Below are positions 48,398 through 58,955 of a stretch of 64,000 bases of DNA, in pieces; position 1 is the first letter of the stretch; every line of letters begins with the position of its first letter. The stretch covers positions 5,937-69,936 of the forward strand of contig CAUSCW010000004.1 of NCBI GenBank assembly GCA_963530195.1, given 5' to 3'. The DNA is from an uncultured Campylobacter sp. (lineage in GTDB: Bacteria; Campylobacterota; Campylobacteria; Campylobacterales; Campylobacteraceae). Below the pieces are notes generated by a model. It saw only the letters and a program-made list of their open reading frames with translations, ran no database searches and was not told the DNA's origin. The position numbers and the translations under genes are program-made.

Positions 48398-50105
48398 CAC
48401 TTTTGCTAGTTTTTTATGGTTTAGTATGGAGACATATATACCGAAGGATTATCATACCTACGTCTTCATCATAGAATTTTCTACCCTACTATTTCTAGTA
48501 AAATCCATAAAAAATGAGAATTCTAAACAAGGCGTTATATATCAAATATTTGGAATTTTATTTTTAGTCCTACTTTTTTTCATAAAGCAAAATGTGGGAT
48601 TGGTTCTTTTTGCAAGTCTTTTTGTATCTTATGCTTTTATATCTAGTAGCGTAAAAAATTATTTTAAAAGAATAGGATTTTTACTACTCTTTACTATTAT
48701 ATTCTTTGCATCCATAAATTTCATAATGCCTTTTGATCCTTCATCAATAACAGATAATGATTCAAAAGGAAGTCTATGGACGATAGCGACGAGGTTTATT
48801 TTTGAACCAGAGCTTAGTCGGATATTAACAATAAGTGTGTTGGAATTTTTTATAATATTAATTCTTGTACATTTTAGAAAAAAGATTGTATATCTATATG
48901 ATGCATTGGTAGGACAAATTGCAGCAAGAACAACTATCTTATTTCGGTTTACTATCGTAGCTATTGGACTGACTGCGCTTACTTATATTGCTTTATTTCA
49001 TAACACTGTTATATTATATATTATTAAATATATCTCTTATATTAGCTTTTCCATAGCTATGATTTTGTATATCATGTTTGCTGCTATGTTTTATAAAAAC
49101 AGTAGCATTTTTGGATCAAAAATTTATATTTTCATTACTTTTTGTGCTGCTGCTATAGTTTATAGTAATACTTTCACTACTATCGCCTTAAATATGAATA
49201 GCATTCTTTTGTGTGCAGGGTTGGCATTCGGCTTTTTATTAAATCAAAATTTGCGCAAAATAGCCAGGATTTTATTGATCTATTGGATGCTTGTAATGGT
49301 ATCTTTCATAATATACGTAAAATTTTTAATACCATATAACTGGCTTGAAAATTATCAAGGTAGTGTATTCGAGGCCAAATCCGAGACCTCATATATTCCT
49401 TTAAAAAATATTTATATGAATCAGAAATTATCTTATATTTTTGACTATATTCATGATTATGTACCTAAAAATACAGTATCTGACAAAGATTTTTACTTTT
49501 TTAACTTACCAATAATGTATCTTTTAAATGATAAAATTCCACCATATCACCTAGTAACGCAATGGTTTGATGTAACTCCAACAAAACTGATTAAACAAGA
49601 ATATATTAATTTTACAAATAGACCAACCGAGAACATTGTTTTATATCAATACTATAAAAAAGCGTTTGATATAAACAAAAGACTTTTGAGAAAAGATGAT
49701 TTTATTCAAGAAGATTTTTATAAAGTAATGAATAAATGGGTAAAGGAGGGTAGATATAAATTTATAAACTCCTTTGTTGTACCTAATAGCTTGATGTTTA
49801 ATAATGCATCTAAAAATTTAAATATCCAAACAGATGTAATAATTCAAAATAGTAATTTTTTCGATCAAAGTTATGAAAGGTTCTATTTATGGCTACAGGA
49901 TAGCGGCGTAAATATTATGCAGATCACTAGAGACGGAGCCGTTTTGCAAGATATTAATAATACAATTAAGAATTCTGATATAGTAACCTTGAATGGTAAT
50001 GTAACCAATATAATGGAAATTTTACCTCAACTTGGGGTTGAGCCGATTGATACGGTAAATTTTAATACTATAAATATTTATAGACGAAATGGTAGCTATG
50101 ATTAA
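48063..50105 (+). CDS. Multi-TM GT-C-fold glycosyltransferase (GtrC-like), copy 2
   Basis: Paralog of copy 1; probable GTG start at 48063 after AAGGAG. Confidence 0.65.
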   Translation: MNSSVRDKFVLILCLSIILIPHLFIFDHYFSLQEGWWETYAYLVNRGEVINKDFYLAWTPLFVYINAFYQKIFGINFFAFACIGVVAAMIQVILLYLVLREFFSKPASAIGATFASFLWFSMETYIPKDYHTYVFIIEFSTLLFLVKSIKNENSKQGVIYQIFGILFLVLLFFIKQNVGLVLFASLFVSYAFISSSVKNYFKRIGFLLLFTIIFFASINFIMPFDPSSITDNDSKGSLWTIATRFIFEPELSRILTISVLEFFIILILVHFRKKIVYLYDALVGQIAARTTILFRFTIVAIGLTALTYIALFHNTVILYIIKYISYISFSIAMILYIMFAAMFYKNSSIFGSKIYIFITFCAAAIVYSNTFTTIALNMNSILLCAGLAFGFLLNQNLRKIARILLIYWMLVMVSFIIYVKFLIPYNWLENYQGSVFEAKSETSYIPLKNIYMNQKLSYIFDYIHDYVPKNTVSDKDFYFFNLPIMYLLNDKIPPYHLVTQWFDVTPTKLIKQEYINFTNRPTENIVLYQYYKKAFDINKRLLRKDDFIQEDFYKVMNKWVKEGRYKFINSFVVPNSLMFNNASKNLNIQTDVIIQNSNFFDQSYERFYLWLQDSGVNIMQITRDGAVLQDINNTIKNSDIVTLNGNVTNIMEILPQLGVEPIDTVNFNTINIYRRNGSYD

Positions 50106-50463
50106 ACGACAGGCCGTCAAGTTTCTCCTCGTAGGCATCCTAAATACTGCCTTTGGATATGGGCTATTTTCATTATTCATTTACGCTGGGCTTCACTATT
50201 CACTAGCAGTATTATTGTCTACTATCTTTGGTATTATGTTTAATTTTAAAACTATAGGTAAATTGGTCTTTAAAAGTGATGATAATAGTCTGATTTTCAA
50301 ATTTATATTTGTTTACATCATTACTTATTTTTTAAATATATTTTTTCTATGGCTTTTCAAGTGGCTTGGATTTGATAATATGTATATAAACGGTTTTGTG
50401 CTTTTGATCCCGCTAGCTGCGGTATCATTTTTATTAAATAAATTTTTCGTCTTTAGGAGATGA
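50098..50463 (+). CDS. gtrA: GtrA family flippase-like protein
   Basis: KFLLVGILNT...FLLNKFFVF; 4 TM. Confidence 0.88.
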   Translation: MIKRQAVKFLLVGILNTAFGYGLFSLFIYAGLHYSLAVLLSTIFGIMFNFKTIGKLVFKSDDNSLIFKFIFVYIITYFLNIFFLWLFKWLGFDNMYINGFVLLIPLAAVSFLLNKFFVFRR

Positions 50464-50464
50464 T

Positions 50465-51397
50465 ATGAAAAAGATCAGTATAGTTACCGCCTGCTTTAAT
50501 GAGGAGGAGAATGTAGAGGAAGTCTATGCGCGCGTAAAAAAAGTTATTGGCGAATTTCCGGAGTATGACTACGAGCATATATTTATCGATAATGCTTCGA
50601 CTGATAAAACAGTTGAAATTTTAAAACGCCTTGCAAAGGATGATAAAAATTTAAAGATCATCGTAAATTCTAGAAATTTTGGCCACATCAAATCACCAAC
50701 TTATGCGCTTTTGGGTGCAGACGGAGATGCTGTTATCTCTATCGTAGCCGATTTGCAAGATCCGCCCGAGATGATTGCGCAGTTTATAGAAAAATGGCAA
50801 GAGGGCAACGACTTGGTTTTGGCTATTAAGCGAGATAGCGAGGAGCGCGGCGTGATGTTTAAAATCAGAGAATGCTATTACGAGCTCTTATCAAAACTAT
50901 CTGAGATCGAAATTTTTAAGAATTTTACCGGCTTTGGACTTTTTGATAAAAAGGTCATCGCGGCTCTTAGACAGATGCATGATCCGTATCCGTTTTTTCG
51001 AGGAATGCTCGCGGAAGCCGGTTATAAGGTAGCTAAGATCCCTTACGATCAACCGGTAAGAATTAAAGGAGTTACCAAAAACAACTTCTACACGCTTTAT
51101 GATATGGGGATACTCGGTATAATCTGCAATTCCAAAGTACCACTTCGGCTCGCGACTTTTATAGGCATGATAATGGGTATTTTAAGCATAATAGTGGGGC
51201 TTGTGTATTTTATCCTGAAACTCATATATTGGAACGAAATGAGCGTGGGGATCGCGCCTCTTATCATACTTTTTTCGTTCGTTTCATCTGGAATTTTATT
51301 TTTTATCGGTATAATAGGCGAATATATCGGGGCAATTTATACACAAGTGTTGAATCGCCCATTGGTATTTGAAAAAGAAAGAGTAAATTTTGATTAA
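50465..51397 (+). CDS. GT2 polyprenol-phosphate glycosyltransferase (GtrB-like)
   Basis: SIVTACFNEE, IDNASTD, SRNFGH, ADLQDPP, two C-terminal TMs, GEYIG. Confidence 0.9.
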   Translation: MKKISIVTACFNEEENVEEVYARVKKVIGEFPEYDYEHIFIDNASTDKTVEILKRLAKDDKNLKIIVNSRNFGHIKSPTYALLGADGDAVISIVADLQDPPEMIAQFIEKWQEGNDLVLAIKRDSEERGVMFKIRECYYELLSKLSEIEIFKNFTGFGLFDKKVIAALRQMHDPYPFFRGMLAEAGYKVAKIPYDQPVRIKGVTKNNFYTLYDMGILGIICNSKVPLRLATFIGMIMGILSIIVGLVYFILKLIYWNEMSVGIAPLIILFSFVSSGILFFIGIIGEYIGAIYTQVLNRPLVFEKERVNFD

Positions 51398-51408
51398 AGG
51401 GAGCTTTG

Positions 51409-52182
51409 ATGAAAGTTTTAATACTAGCGGGAGGTTTCGGTACTAGGCTTGCCGAGGAGACCAGCATTAGACCAAAGCCAATGGTAGAGATCGGCGAAAA
51501 ACCGATTTTATGGCATATTATGAAAATTTATAGTTTGTACGGATTTAACGAATTCGTCATTCTACTTGGTTATAAAGGCTACTATATCAAAGAATATTTT
51601 GCCAATTATTTTTTACATCAAAGCGATATGACTATAGATTTGAAAAATGGCAAAATGGAAGTTTTAACCAATTTTAGCGAGCCTTGGAGCGTTACGCTGT
51701 TAAATACCGGACTAAACACTATGACGGGCGGTCGTATTAAGCGAGCTCAGAGCATAGTGAGAGACGAACCATTTTTACTTACTTATGGCGATGGTGTTAG
51801 TGATATCGATATCCACGAGCTTGTAAAATTTCATAAGTCCCATGGCAAAGCGCTTACGATGACTTCCGTTCAGCCGGAAGGTCGCTTTGGAGCGCTAAAT
51901 ATAGATGACGAAAGTCGCGTGCATGAGTTTAAGGAAAAACCAAAAGGAGACGGCAATTGGATTAATGCCGGTTTCTTTGTATGCGAGCCCAAGGTTTTTG
52001 ACTATATTACAAATGGCGATGCGACGATATTCGAGCAAGAACCGCTTATGAATTTAGCCCATGACGATGAAATTTTAGCGTATAAACATAGCGGCTTTTG
52101 GAAGCCGATGGATACGCTTAGAGATAAGCTTGAGTTAAATAAAATTTGGGATAGCGGTAACGCTCCGTGGAAAAAATGGTAG
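51409..52182 (+). CDS. rfbF: Glucose-1-phosphate cytidylyltransferase
   Basis: LAGGFGTRL, PKPMVEIG, TMTGGRIKR, WKPMDTLRDK. Confidence 0.95.
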   Translation: MKVLILAGGFGTRLAEETSIRPKPMVEIGEKPILWHIMKIYSLYGFNEFVILLGYKGYYIKEYFANYFLHQSDMTIDLKNGKMEVLTNFSEPWSVTLLNTGLNTMTGGRIKRAQSIVRDEPFLLTYGDGVSDIDIHELVKFHKSHGKALTMTSVQPEGRFGALNIDDESRVHEFKEKPKGDGNWINAGFFVCEPKVFDYITNGDATIFEQEPLMNLAHDDEILAYKHSGFWKPMDTLRDKLELNKIWDSGNAPWKKW

Positions 52183-53267
52183 CGATGCGAGATATGCAGG
52201 GTCTATACTCCGGAATTTATAAGGGCAAAACCATTTTGCTTACCGGACATACCGGCTTTAAGGGCTCGTGGCTTAGTCTGTGGCTGGAGCGCATGGGTGC
52301 GAAAGTGATAGGCTATTCGCTTCCGGCGCCTACAGAGCCAAATCATATAGGACTTTTAAATTTAAATGTCGTCCAGATAATGGGCGACATACGAGATCTT
52401 GTCAAATTAGACGAAGCATTTGCGACTTATAAACTCGATATCGTATTTCACTTTGCCGCTCAGGCGCTGGTGCGCCCATCTTATGCCGATCCCATCACGA
52501 CCTACGAAACCAATGTCATCGGTACGTTGAAAGTATTTGAAGCTTGTAGAAAGGCGGGCGTTCGCGCGATCGTGAATATCACCAGCGACAAGGCTTACGA
52601 AAATAAAGAGTGGGTTTGGGGATATCGCGAAAGCGATCCCATGGGCGGGTATGATCCATATAGCTCGTCGAAAGGCTGCGCGGATCTTCTAGCTAGTTCA
52701 TATCGAAATTCGTTTTTTAATGAAAAAGACTACGGTACAAAGCATCAAACGCTGCTTGCCACGTGTCGCGCGGGCAACGTCATAGGCGGCGGAGACTGGG
52801 CGCAAGACAGATTGATTTGCGACGTTATGCGCGCAGCAGCTAAAAATGAAGCGGTAACGATCCGCAATCCGCATGCGACACGCCCTTGGCAGCACGTGCT
52901 CGAGCCGCTTGGCGGATATTTGCTCGTGGGGCAAAAGTTACTTGAAGGGCGAAAGGAGTTCGGCAGCGCATGGAATTTCGGACCTAGTGACGATGGTGCG
53001 ATTAGAGTGCTTGATGTATTGAAAAGCGCCAAGCGATATTGGGATAAGATAGAATTTAAAATCAGCTCTGACGCGGATCAGCCGCATGAGGCAAATTTAT
53101 TGAAGCTTGATTGCTCTAAAGCGCGTGCACTGCTTGGTTGGAAGCCAGTTTGGGATAGTGAAACGGCATTTGAAAAAACTGTAAAATGGTATAAAAATTT
53201 CTACGAAAACGGCGTGATTGATACCGAGCAAAATTTAAACGACTACGTAAAAGATATGATGCGATGA
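52167..53267 (+). CDS. rfbG: CDP-glucose 4,6-dehydratase
   Basis: TGHTGFKGSW, TSDKAY, PYSSSK, RAGNVIGGGDW, RPWQHVLEPL; start could be 52176-52194. Confidence 0.95.
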   Translation: MEKMVAMRDMQGLYSGIYKGKTILLTGHTGFKGSWLSLWLERMGAKVIGYSLPAPTEPNHIGLLNLNVVQIMGDIRDLVKLDEAFATYKLDIVFHFAAQALVRPSYADPITTYETNVIGTLKVFEACRKAGVRAIVNITSDKAYENKEWVWGYRESDPMGGYDPYSSSKGCADLLASSYRNSFFNEKDYGTKHQTLLATCRAGNVIGGGDWAQDRLICDVMRAAAKNEAVTIRNPHATRPWQHVLEPLGGYLLVGQKLLEGRKEFGSAWNFGPSDDGAIRVLDVLKSAKRYWDKIEFKISSDADQPHEANLLKLDCSKARALLGWKPVWDSETAFEKTVKWYKNFYENGVIDTEQNLNDYVKDMMR

Positions 53268-55054
53268 TAAAAGTTAGCGATTTTATAGCAAAATTTATAG
53301 CCGAGCACGAAGATACCGCAAAGACCGTATTTATGGTCTCGGGCGGCGGGAATATGCACCTGATAGATTCGCTTGGTAAAAATGAAAATTTGGAGTATGT
53401 ATGCAACCATCACGAGCAAGCTTGCGCGATAGCCGCAGAGGGCTATGCGCGCGTCTCAAATAAGATCGGTATCGCGTATGTTACCACAGGCCCCGGCGGG
53501 ACGAACGCGATTACCGGCGTTTACGGCGCCTGGGTGGATTCTATCCCTACGATGATCATATCGGGGCAGGTGAAATTTCAAACGACCATTGCTTCGCAAC
53601 CCGAGCTAAATTTGCGTCAGCTCGGTGATCAAGAGCTCAATATCGTTGACATCGTAAGGCCTATCACAAAATATGCCGTAATGATAACGGATAAAAATGG
53701 CATAAAATTTCATCTGCAAAAAGCTGTTTATGAGGCTAAACACGGCAGACCTGGACCCGTATGGCTGGATGTGCCGCTAGATATACAAGGCGCGATGGTG
53801 GACGAAGCGGATCTGGTAGAATTTGAAATCCCCGAAGAACCGAAATTCGACACTAAAATCCCGCAGGTTTTAGATGCGTTAAAAGCTGCTAAGCGCCCTG
53901 TAATTATTGCCGGCAACGGCGTAACGCTTACTGGTGCGAACGAAGAATTTCTAAAACTAATCGAAATTTTGAAAATTCCCGTTATCGGCACTTTTGCTAG
54001 ATACGATATCGTTAGAAATGACCACGAATTGTTTTTTGGCAGATACGGCACTATCGGCAATAGGGCGGCAAATTTTGTCGTGCAAAATTCCGATCTCATC
54101 ATCGCCGTAGGCGCTAGATTAAACATCCGTGCAGTCAGTTATAACTGGGAATTCTTCGGCAGAGAAGCAAAAAAAATTTTGGTCGATATCGATGAAAACG
54201 AACTAAACAAAAAAACGATTGCTGCAGATATTAAGATTAAATCCGATGCGAAGGTTTTTATATCGGATTTGCGATCTGTGCTGAAAGACGAGCTAGATTT
54301 TGGAGCTTGGCTTGAAATTTGTAAAAATTACAGAAAGAATTATCCTACGATTGAGCCTTTTAGACAAAATGTAAAAGAGCGGGTTGATTCATATAATTTC
54401 TTCGATGTGCTATCTAATCATAAACGAGATTTAGTTTATGTATTCGGTAACGGTACGGCATGTGTTTCATCGTATCAGAGCTTGCGCTTATATGAGAATC
54501 AAAAGGTGGTAGTAAATTCGGGTTGTGCTTCTATGGGATACGATCTGCCTGCCGCAATCGGTGCCTGCTTCGCAAATGGCAAAAAAAATACGATTTGCGT
54601 TACGGGTGAAGGTAGCTTGCAGATGAATATTCAAGAGCTTCAGACAATAATTCATAATAAGCTTCCGATCAAAATCTTTGTTCTGAATAATGCAGGCTAT
54701 ATTTCTATCAGAAATACTCAAAACAACTTTTTTAAAGGGCACAAGGTAGGCTCAGATAAAGATAGCGGCGTCAGCTTTCCTAATATCGTAAAATTAGCAG
54801 AGGTTTATGGCTTTGAAGCCTGCAGGATAGAAAATCAGCTAAATTTAAAAGGGGAGTTGGAGGAAATTCTATCCAAACCAGGTGCGGTAGTTTGTGAAAT
54901 AATGCTTTCGCCTACTGAAAAAATGGAGCCAAAATTATCGTCTAAGATAAAGCCTGACGGCAAAATGGTTTCAAAGCCACTTGAGGATATGTTTCCGTTC
55001 TTGCCGCGAGAAGAATTTTATAAAAATATGATAATTAAGCCGGTAGATGAATAA
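53264..55054 (+). CDS. ThDP-dependent acetolactate-synthase-like enzyme (YerE-like carboligase)
   Basis: HHEQAC, TTGPGGTNA, GRPGPVW, GEGSLQMN...NN ThDP motif; inside a CDP-sugar operon. Confidence 0.85.
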   Translation: MIKVSDFIAKFIAEHEDTAKTVFMVSGGGNMHLIDSLGKNENLEYVCNHHEQACAIAAEGYARVSNKIGIAYVTTGPGGTNAITGVYGAWVDSIPTMIISGQVKFQTTIASQPELNLRQLGDQELNIVDIVRPITKYAVMITDKNGIKFHLQKAVYEAKHGRPGPVWLDVPLDIQGAMVDEADLVEFEIPEEPKFDTKIPQVLDALKAAKRPVIIAGNGVTLTGANEEFLKLIEILKIPVIGTFARYDIVRNDHELFFGRYGTIGNRAANFVVQNSDLIIAVGARLNIRAVSYNWEFFGREAKKILVDIDENELNKKTIAADIKIKSDAKVFISDLRSVLKDELDFGAWLEICKNYRKNYPTIEPFRQNVKERVDSYNFFDVLSNHKRDLVYVFGNGTACVSSYQSLRLYENQKVVVNSGCASMGYDLPAAIGACFANGKKNTICVTGEGSLQMNIQELQTIIHNKLPIKIFVLNNAGYISIRNTQNNFFKGHKVGSDKDSGVSFPNIVKLAEVYGFEACRIENQLNLKGELEEILSKPGAVVCEIMLSPTEKMEPKLSSKIKPDGKMVSKPLEDMFPFLPREEFYKNMIIKPVDE

Positions 55055-55775
55055 AGCTGTAGTTTTTGACTTAGACGGGACTATTTATTTTGGGAGTAAA
55101 ATTGCCGATTTTGCTTTGCAAACTATAGATGAGCTTCAATCCAATGGTTATAATGTCTTATTTTTTACTAATAATTCAACTAAAACAAGAGTTGAAATTT
55201 TAGATAAATTAATTCATATGGGTATAAGAACTACTGTAGATAAAATATATACCTCAGCTTATGCTAGTGCTATATTTTTGCAAAGAAATGATCTAAGAAA
55301 TATATTTTTAGTTGGTAGCCGTGGTTTTAAAAGTGAATTAACGAATGCAGATATAAATGTCGAGGATGAGTATAGTTGTGAAGCCGTGGTAATTGGGCTT
55401 GATTTAAATTTTAACTATGAAATTTTATCAAGAGCTCTTATTGCATTACAAAAATCTCGTAGAATAATAGTGGCAAATACAGATAAAAATTTCCCGGTAG
55501 AAAATGGTCTTTTAAGACCCGGTGCCAATGCTATGCTAAGTGCAATCCTTGGTAGTATTGATGAAGAAATTAAGCTGGATATAGTAGGAAAGCCAAGTCC
55601 TTTTATGCTCGAAATTTTATGTAAGGATTGGGGGCTTGATAAACAGCATATCGTTGTGGTAGGTGATAGGATAGAAAGTGATATGGCTATGGCAAAGAAT
55701 TTTAATTGTAAAGGAATTCTAGTTGGCAATGATATTACATTGCTGAATGTTAAGAATAAAATTTTAAGGAGCTAA
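55047..55775 (+). CDS. HAD-IIA (NagD-like) phosphatase
   Basis: FDLDGT, TNNS, GKP, VGDRIESD. Confidence 0.88.
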   Translation: MNKAVVFDLDGTIYFGSKIADFALQTIDELQSNGYNVLFFTNNSTKTRVEILDKLIHMGIRTTVDKIYTSAYASAIFLQRNDLRNIFLVGSRGFKSELTNADINVEDEYSCEAVVIGLDLNFNYEILSRALIALQKSRRIIVANTDKNFPVENGLLRPGANAMLSAILGSIDEEIKLDIVGKPSPFMLEILCKDWGLDKQHIVVVGDRIESDMAMAKNFNCKGILVGNDITLLNVKNKILRS

Positions 55776-55776
55776 A

Positions 55777-56562
55777 ATGAATGTTTTAGAATACGAGATG
55801 ATCGATATTCTTAAAAGACTTAAAGACGAATACGGTGTTTTTGAGATCAAAGCAGAGTACGAGAATGAAGGTAGCAGGCAAGAAGAGCTTTGTAGGCTAA
55901 AGGATATTACTTCTAAAATTGATCTGCCTATTATTATGAAGATTGGTGGCGTAGAAGCTGTTACCGATATGTATAATGCTATCACGCTTGGCGTAAAAGG
56001 GATCGTAGCTCCGATGGCGGAGACAAAATTTGCCGTTAGTAAGTTCGTGGCCGCTATAAATACCTTTGTAGCAGAAGATAACCGTAATGATATAGAATTC
56101 GCGATTAATGTAGAAACCATAACATGCTATGAGAATTTAGACGATATTTTATCTTTAGAAAATATCAATACATTAACCGGCATAACGATAGGCAGGGTTG
56201 ATTTTACTGCTTCGATGGGCAAAAATAGGGATTTCGCAGATAGCGATGAGATGTTAAAATATTGCGAAGATATTTACACTAAAGCAAGGGCCAAAGGACT
56301 AAAATGCGGTCTAGGCGGAGCTATATCCGCGAAGTCGTGCGATTTCATTAAATATCTCATTTCTAAAAGATTGCTTGATAAATACGAAACGCGAAAGATT
56401 GTCTATCATAAAGACGCCATAAATAATATGGAGGCTGGAATTTTAGCCGGCGTGGAATTTGAATTAGCTTGGCTTAAGAGCAAGCGTAGGTATTATCACA
56501 GAATCAAATCCGAGGATGAGAAAAGAATCGAAATGCTCGAAAAAAGGCTAAGTAGCAGATGA
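55777..56562 (+). CDS. HpcH/HpaI aldolase/citrate lyase family protein
   Basis: KIGGVEA, IVAPMAET, INVET, IGRVDF. Confidence 0.75.
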   Translation: MNVLEYEMIDILKRLKDEYGVFEIKAEYENEGSRQEELCRLKDITSKIDLPIIMKIGGVEAVTDMYNAITLGVKGIVAPMAETKFAVSKFVAAINTFVAEDNRNDIEFAINVETITCYENLDDILSLENINTLTGITIGRVDFTASMGKNRDFADSDEMLKYCEDIYTKARAKGLKCGLGGAISAKSCDFIKYLISKRLLDKYETRKIVYHKDAINNMEAGILAGVEFELAWLKSKRRYYHRIKSEDEKRIEMLEKRLSSR

Positions 56563-57488
56563 ATCTATTCATCACGGGCGGTAGCGGTTTTATCGGTTCG
56601 CATCTAAAAAAACGTCTTGCGCTAAATGGAAATTTTAACGTTTTCGCTCCAAAAAGTAGCGAGCTAAATTTGACTGACGAAAGCGCAGTTTATGATTTTG
56701 TCCGTGTGCATAAAATCGATACTATCGCCCATCTCGCCAATCGCGGCGGCGGTCGCGATACGCTGGATATGACAAATGTGACTGAGTATAATTTACGAAT
56801 CTTTTTCAATATCGCCAAGCAAAAAAACAAGGTTGCAAAGATCATATCATTTGGAAGCGGTGCGGAATACGGAAAACACAAGCCGATAATAAATGCTCGC
56901 GAGGATGATTATAAAAAGGCACTTCCGCTTGATGAATACGGTTTTTACAAAGCTATTTCGTCGCATTATATCGAGGATTGCGCGAATAATATTATCCAGC
57001 TTCGTTTATTTGGAATTTACGGCGAAATGGAGAATTACCGCTATAAATTTATTACAAATGCCGTAGTAAAAAACCTACTGCATCTACCCATCACGATCAA
57101 TCAAAACGTATTTTTTGATTACATGTATGTCGATGACCTGTTAAACGTAGTGGAATTTTATATAGAAAATGACGCGCAACATAAAATTTACAACGCAAGC
57201 AGTGGGACAAAAATCGATCTACTTAGTCTGGCTGCGCTAGTAAATGAGGCGAGCGATTTTAAATCCGAGATAATCGTGCTAAATGAAGGGCTGAATAACG
57301 AATACACTTCCGACAATAGCCTATTAAAATCCGAAATGAAAGATAAATTCAAGCTTACGCCGCATACGGAAGCGATCGGTAAAATTTGCAAATATTTTAA
57401 GCAAAATTTTACTAGCCTAGACTTAGATACCATCAAAAAAGACCCATATTTGGGAAAAATCAATGAAATTTGGAAAGGCAAAAAATGA
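56559..57488 (+). CDS. NAD-dependent epimerase/reductase (extended SDR)
   Basis: TGGSGFIG, GSGAEYG, YGFYK. Confidence 0.88.
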   Translation: MNLFITGGSGFIGSHLKKRLALNGNFNVFAPKSSELNLTDESAVYDFVRVHKIDTIAHLANRGGGRDTLDMTNVTEYNLRIFFNIAKQKNKVAKIISFGSGAEYGKHKPIINAREDDYKKALPLDEYGFYKAISSHYIEDCANNIIQLRLFGIYGEMENYRYKFITNAVVKNLLHLPITINQNVFFDYMYVDDLLNVVEFYIENDAQHKIYNASSGTKIDLLSLAALVNEASDFKSEIIVLNEGLNNEYTSDNSLLKSEMKDKFKLTPHTEAIGKICKYFKQNFTSLDLDTIKKDPYLGKINEIWKGKK

Positions 57489-58816
57489 CGCCGCAAGAAT
57501 TAAAGCAAGAAATTTTAGAAAAGACGAAAGAGTATTATAGTCTGGTTCATGAGCCAGCACAGCACGCCAAATTTGAACCTGGTAAAAGTCGCGTAAATTA
57601 CGCAGGCAGAGTCTTTGACGAGCACGAAATGATAAATTTAGTAGATAGTTCGCTTGATTTCTGGCTCACATATGGCACATATTCTAAAAAATTTGAAAAG
57701 GAATTCGCCAAAATGCTTGGCGTAAAATGGGCGTTTTTAGTAAATAGCGGAAGCAGTGCGAATTTGCTTGCATTCTTTGCGCTTACCTCGCCGCTTCTAA
57801 AAGAGCGCCGCATAAAGAAGGGCGATGAAGTTATAGCAGTAGCAGCAGGCTTTCCTACGACGGTTGCGCCTATCGTACAATACGGTGCCGTTCCCGTTTT
57901 TGTCGATATGGAGCTTGAGTATTTTAACATAGACCATACGAAGCTTGAGCTTGCGCTTAGCCCAAAAACGAAAGCCGTCATGGTAGCTCACACCCTAGGA
58001 AATCCTTTTAATATAAAAGCCGTGAAGGAATTTTGCGATAAGCACGATTTGTGGCTTATCGAGGATAACTGCGACGCGCTGGGTTCTCTGTATGACGGTA
58101 AGCCGACCGGCACATGGGGAGATATAGGCACAAGCAGCTTTTACCCACCTCATCATATGACGATGGGTGAGGGGGGTGCCACATACACAAACAATCCGCT
58201 GCTTAAAAAAATTATGCTAAGTATGCGCGATTGGGGACGCGATTGCTGGTGTGAGAGCGGCGTAGATAATACCTGTGGTAGGCGCTTTTCGCAAAAATTT
58301 GGTGAGCTACCGCTTGGATACGATCATAAATACGTTTATTCGCACTTCGGATTTAATTTAAAAGCCTCCGATATGCAAGCTGCGGTTGGATGTGCCCAGA
58401 TAGAGAAATTTCCTAACTTCGTGCAGCGTCGTAGACAAAATTTTAAAAAGCTTTATGACGGCTTAAAAGATATAAAAGAGCTTGTTTCAGTTAAAGTCCA
58501 GCCGCATTCCGAGCCTAGCTGGTTCGGCTTTATGATGACGGTTGCAGACGGGGCAAAATTTAGTAGAAATGAGCTTAGCGAGCATCTAGAGAAGGCGGGC
58601 GTGCAAACAAGAAATTTATTTGCGGGAAATATGATCAAGCATCCGCTATTTGCAGACCTTAAACTCGGAGTCGATTATAAAATTTCAGGCAAGCTAAAAA
58701 ATACCGACAAGATAATGAACGATAGTTTCTGGGTCGGCGTATATCCCGGTATGAGTGATGAGAAGATAGGGTATATTATAAAAACTGTTAGAGGATTTGT
58801 ATCTACTAGAAGCTAA
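57485..58816 (+). CDS. rfbH: CDP-4-keto-6-deoxyglucose 3-dehydratase (E1/DdhC)
   Basis: NSGSSANLLA, EDNCDALGS, SFYPPHHMTMGEGG (His in place of Lys), GRDCWC...DNTC, YDHKY. Confidence 0.93.
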   Translation: MTPQELKQEILEKTKEYYSLVHEPAQHAKFEPGKSRVNYAGRVFDEHEMINLVDSSLDFWLTYGTYSKKFEKEFAKMLGVKWAFLVNSGSSANLLAFFALTSPLLKERRIKKGDEVIAVAAGFPTTVAPIVQYGAVPVFVDMELEYFNIDHTKLELALSPKTKAVMVAHTLGNPFNIKAVKEFCDKHDLWLIEDNCDALGSLYDGKPTGTWGDIGTSSFYPPHHMTMGEGGATYTNNPLLKKIMLSMRDWGRDCWCESGVDNTCGRRFSQKFGELPLGYDHKYVYSHFGFNLKASDMQAAVGCAQIEKFPNFVQRRRQNFKKLYDGLKDIKELVSVKVQPHSEPSWFGFMMTVADGAKFSRNELSEHLEKAGVQTRNLFAGNMIKHPLFADLKLGVDYKISGKLKNTDKIMNDSFWVGVYPGMSDEKIGYIIKTVRGFVSTRS

Positions 58817-58955
58817 ATATAAATCAGATCAAAATTTTAAAGTGCTATATGTAATATAAATAGTGTTATTTTGTTTGGTTAAGCGCCGATATAGCAAAAT
58901 TTAATTAAAATTACAGCAATAAATTCGGTTAAAAAACCGATATTTAGGGGAGTTT

